Positions 60,894 through 64,000 of a DNA stretch of 64,000 bases are shown in pieces. The notes under the pieces are model-generated. The model was not told the DNA's origin and searched no databases. It worked only from the letters and a program-made list of their open reading frames with translations. Each line of letters opens with the position of its first letter. Position 1 is the first letter of the stretch. The stretch comes from Diplonema japonicum (taxonomy: Eukaryota > Protista > Euglenozoa: Diplonemea): assembly GCA_964019335.1 (NCBI GenBank), contig OZ025662.1, positions 716,224 to 780,223 on the forward strand, given 5' to 3'. Made by a program: the position numbers and the translations under genes.

Positions 60894-60932
60894 CACCAAC
60901 TATTCTAAAGCTACAGTTTCTGTACTTTATTG
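60894..60932 (+). other. Isolated spliced-leader exon copy (39 nt) without the SL intron or promoter
   Basis: caccaactattctaaagctacagtttctgtactttattg has 2 mismatches to the SL exons at 62857-62895 and 63209-63247; its flanks are unrelated to theirs. Confidence 0.92.
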
Positions 60933-61104
60933 GTCGTTCGTGTTCTGCTGGTGCCTGCCGCCTCTGCCTGGGTTTGCCGCTGCGTCCGTCGTCCGTCGTC
61001 GCCGTCGTCCGGGGGGGTTGTTTTGCCCGTCGGCCTGCCCGCCGCTTACCGAAAGGATCCCCTCCCCCAACACACACTTTAAAAAAAAATAAAAAAAATA
61101 AAAA

Positions 61105-62103
61105 ATGGATCCAAGACGGAACGCAAGAGGAGGTGACCGCGTAAACCGCAGGGAGAAGGAACCCCGACAGGCCGCCAGGCTGCACACGACGCCAGGGCCG
61201 ACCCAACCAGACTATCTGGTTGGGCAGTATGAATCCCCACCCCCTAGATCCCCCCACCCCCCTTTAGAAAAAAAAAATAAAATAAAAAAATCACTAGCAG
61301 AGACCGCGGTTTTGACCGCCGCTGCTACAGCCACGGCCGCCCCAGCCGCCCTGAACGCCGCAGCCGACCCTGCCGCCCTGATCGCCGCAACTGAGACCGC
61401 CGCAGCCGCCCCTGCCGCAGCCACGACCGCCGCGACCACGACCCCTGCAGCCGACCCTGCCATTGTTGAAGAGGGAAGAAAAGAGGGAGAAAAAAAGGGG
61501 TGGGTACTGGTGTATGGTGAACACCCTCCCGGGTTGAGGACGGGCCCGGCCCCTGCCTTCCCGAAAGCCCTGCTTTCAGGAAAGTGGGAGGCCCTGTCTG
61601 GGAACTCAGGGAGGGAGACCCTCCAATACGGGTACCGGTGGGAGGGGACGAACGCCAAGGTGCACCCCACCACGGGGATCCCAGGGGGGGCGGAGGGGTG
61701 GGTGGCCGCCGCCGCAGGGCTCAAGGTGGTCCCCAACCAGGTACTTGTCAACAAGTACAAGTCTGGTTGTGGGATTGCCGCCCACAAGGACGACGCGAGG
61801 CTGGGACCGATTGTCCTAGTCCTCTCGTACGGAGCCGAGACCACAATGGTCATGAGGAGGGGGGACAGGGTGGCGAGATACCTGGTGCCCCCCTTCTCAT
61901 GGGCACTGTTGGAAGGTGAAGCGAGACACCAGTGGACGCACCACATCCCGTCCGGGATGTCCACTGGTGTCAGGGTCACCCTGCGTGCGGTAGGCCCCAA
62001 GCTCACCCGCACACCCCAGGAAGACCCATCCCCTGGGTTAACAGACGAACCCCCTTTTTTAGATCCCCAAGGGGGGGGTGGGCAACGAGTCGGTCGGGGG
62101 TGA
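61105..62103 (+). CDS. Intronless AlkB-family 2OG-Fe(II) dioxygenase domain protein
   Basis: RETLQYGYRW, PNQVLVNKY..G.GIAAHKD (NxY, HxD), LEGEARHQWTHHI and RVTLR; Ala-rich low-complexity N-terminus. Confidence 0.85.
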   Translation: MDPRRNARGGDRVNRREKEPRQAARLHTTPGPTQPDYLVGQYESPPPRSPHPPLEKKNKIKKSLAETAVLTAAATATAAPAALNAAADPAALIAATETAAAAPAAATTAATTTPAADPAIVEEGRKEGEKKGWVLVYGEHPPGLRTGPAPAFPKALLSGKWEALSGNSGRETLQYGYRWEGTNAKVHPTTGIPGGAEGWVAAAAGLKVVPNQVLVNKYKSGCGIAAHKDDARLGPIVLVLSYGAETTMVMRRGDRVARYLVPPFSWALLEGEARHQWTHHIPSGMSTGVRVTLRAVGPKLTRTPQEDPSPGLTDEPPFLDPQGGGGQRVGRG

Positions 62104-62262
62104 CCCCTTTCAGGAAGAGGCCCCCCGAGGTGACTGAATTTTATTTTACCCTTCCCGAACGCCCACATGTTCAAAGATGCACCCCGTTGTCGAACCTGAG
62201 AGGTCTTCACGGGGGGACTTGCTGTCGAGATTGGCAACCCTTTCTTTACACAGGGGTCGGGA
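62071..62262 (+). repeat. 5S/SL array spacer repeat
   Basis: Near-identical to 63811-64000; a diverged sub-repeat lies at 63684-63810. Confidence 0.92.
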
Positions 62263-62364
62263 GGGGAGAGGGCCCCGAAACCCCCACGGCCCCTCCCATC
62301 CCGATAGCCCACACCCCCCCCCCCCCCCCCCCCCCACCCGTGTTCTAACTTTACCCATCTCCTC

Positions 62365-62483
62365 GGATACGGCCATACTCTGGTGAATGCACCCCATCCC
62401 GCCTGATTTGGGAAGTTAAGCACCAGCAGGCCAGGTTAGTACTGCGGTGAGTGATCACGTGGGAAGCCCTGGTGCTGTATCCT
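62365..62483 (+). rRNA. 5S rRNA: 5S rRNA
   Basis: GGATACGGCCATAC...GAAGTTAAGC...GGTTAGTACT...TGGGAA...GTGCTGTATCC; 119 nt; terminal stem; T-run terminator downstream. Confidence 0.96.
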
Positions 62484-62700
62484 CTAAACTTTTTTTTTTT
62501 TTTATTTTTTTGAAATAAAAAAAAAATTATATATATAAAAGAAAAAAAAAAAAAAAAAAAAAAAATAAAAAATAAGAAAAGTAGAAATAAGCGCCGGAAG
62601 ACCTTTCAAAACCTATTGTTGAATTTAAATAACTGCTTTTCTACAGAAGCAGTTGGCCGTTTAAGGGTTAAATATAGAAGAAAAAAAATAAGAAAACGGG

Positions 62701-62731
<31 letters not shown>

Positions 62732-62763
62732 GGCAACTGACTTCTCAATAATAATAGAAAAAA

Positions 62764-62895
62764 GTGTCTCGAGTTCCTCTCCTTGGAAGGAGGGGTGGTC
62801 GAGAAGGTACAAGAAATTCTGTATATGGTTTATTGATCATGGATCAGATTGGGTACCAATAAAGTACAGAAACTGTAGCTTTAGAATCGTTGGTT
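62764..62895 (-). ncRNA. Spliced-leader (SL) RNA gene, copy 1
   Basis: Exon AACCAACGATTCTAAAGCTACAGTTTCTGTACTTTATTG (62895-62857), GTA donor, Sm-like AATTTCTTG, 3' hairpin and T-tract. Confidence 0.93.
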
Positions 62896-63117
62896 AACCT
62901 CCCGGACCTCTTTCTCCAAACCCAGATAAGGCTTAGAGAGGAGGGTAAAAATCCGTTTGAAGAAGATGCTGTTGGCTCTGGTCCTTGCTTCTATTTTTCT
63001 TTCTCGAAAAAGAAAAAGAAATCCAGATGCGAACCCGCGCAAAACGGGAGAGCAGAGGACGGATACACGAACGAACGAACGAACGAACGAAATATAGCAG
63101 CTTTAAAGAAAAAAAAA

Positions 63118-63247
63118 GTGTCTCGAGTTCCTCTCCTTGGAAGGGGAGGTGGTCGAGAAGGTACAAGAAATTCTGTATTGTTTATTGATCATGGATCAGA
63201 TTGGGTACCAATAAAGTACAGAAACTGTAGCTTTAGAATCGTTGGTT
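63118..63247 (-). ncRNA. Spliced-leader (SL) RNA gene, copy 2
   Basis: Same exon (63247-63209), near-identical intron part and T-tract. Confidence 0.93.
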
Positions 63248-63683
63248 AACCTCCCGAACCTCTTTCCTCAAACCCAGATAAGGCTTAGAGGGGGAGGAGC
63301 AAGGAACCCACGGTGGTCTGGAGGGAGAAAAGGGAGGGAGGAGGGGATTCTCACCGTGAACAAAGAGGTACACGGGTTGGAGGCGATCCTGTCCTGGAAG
63401 GAAGGAAGGAAAGAAAGAAGGTCCTTTTCTCCCTCTTCCCTTTTCCCCTTTTCCTTTTCTCCGTCCCGCTCTTCTTTTTTTCCGACTTCCCTCGCGCAAG
63501 CATGTTCAACAATTTGGCCGTCTATCGGACCCTTTGGAGTTCCGTGGCGGTAAAAAACGCAAGCCCCCCCTTTTCCCCCTCTTCCCTTCTCCTCCGGTAG
63601 TTCCTCCCCCCCCCCTCCCTCCCTCCTCGAGGCGAGGCGGAGGTGGGGGGGGGGGGGGGGGGGGCTGCGAGGGAAGGCCCTTT

Positions 63684-64000
63684 CGAGGTGACCGAATTTT
63701 ATTTTACCCTTTCCGAACGCCCGCATGTTCAAAGATGCACCCCGCTGTCGAACCTGAGGAATTTTCACGGGGGGACTTTCTGTCGAAATTTGCAACCTTC
63801 TCTTTACACAGGGGGGTGGGCAACGAGTCGGTCGGGGGTGACCCTTTCAGGAAGAGGCCCCCCGAGGTGACTGAATTTTATTTTACCCTTCCCGAACGCC
63901 CACATGTTCAAAGATGCACCCGTTGTCGAACCTGAGAGGTCTTCACGGGGGGACTTGCTGTCGAGATTGGCAACCCTTTCTTTACACAGGGGTCGGGAGG
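63684..64000 (+). repeat. Array spacer sub-repeats, probably leading to the next 5S copy beyond the window
   Basis: Matches 62071-62262, which precedes the 5S gene. Confidence 0.88.

Noticed and set aside
61212-62423. 403-aa minus-strand ORF
   Set aside because: Antisense shadow of the GC-rich AlkB ORF and spacer; it also overlaps the 5S gene.

Overview
This is eukaryotic nuclear DNA, most likely from a diplonemid (Euglenozoa). The window carries kinetoplastid/diplonemid-type 39-nt spliced-leader (SL) RNA genes next to a 5S rRNA gene. About 28 protein-coding genes all lie on the + strand, often only tens of bp apart, and many are split by tiny (30-90 nt) GT-AG introns. Layout: 1-10.2 kb holds housekeeping-type genes (repeat/PDZ/EF-hand protein, USP14, ERD2, TRAPPC2L, a mitochondrial carrier, a tandem SpoVS-domain protein). 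10.2-22.4 kb is a homopolymer-rich gene desert with small transposon-like elements. 22.5-57 kb is a dense gene cluster (deiodinase-like selenoprotein with a non-canonical SECIS, Cache-domain, PPR-like, LRR, HhH, RhoGEF, GDP-mannose transporter, Ttd14-like kinase, APH/EcKinase-like, GH18, TPR, SHOCT with a 1073-bp tandem duplication, MORN, GH33 sialidase, ABCD, C-type lectin membrane protein). 57-60.8 kb is decayed sequence, and 60.9-64 kb is the edge of a 5S/SL RNA array. The main candidates for novelty are (i) a genomically encoded SL exon sitting directly in front of an intronless AlkB-family dioxygenase ORF that runs into the 5S/SL array spacer, and (ii) a UGA-recoded deiodinase-like gene followed by an elongated GUGA-type SECIS. 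All calls come from reading the sequence by eye; no searches were run.
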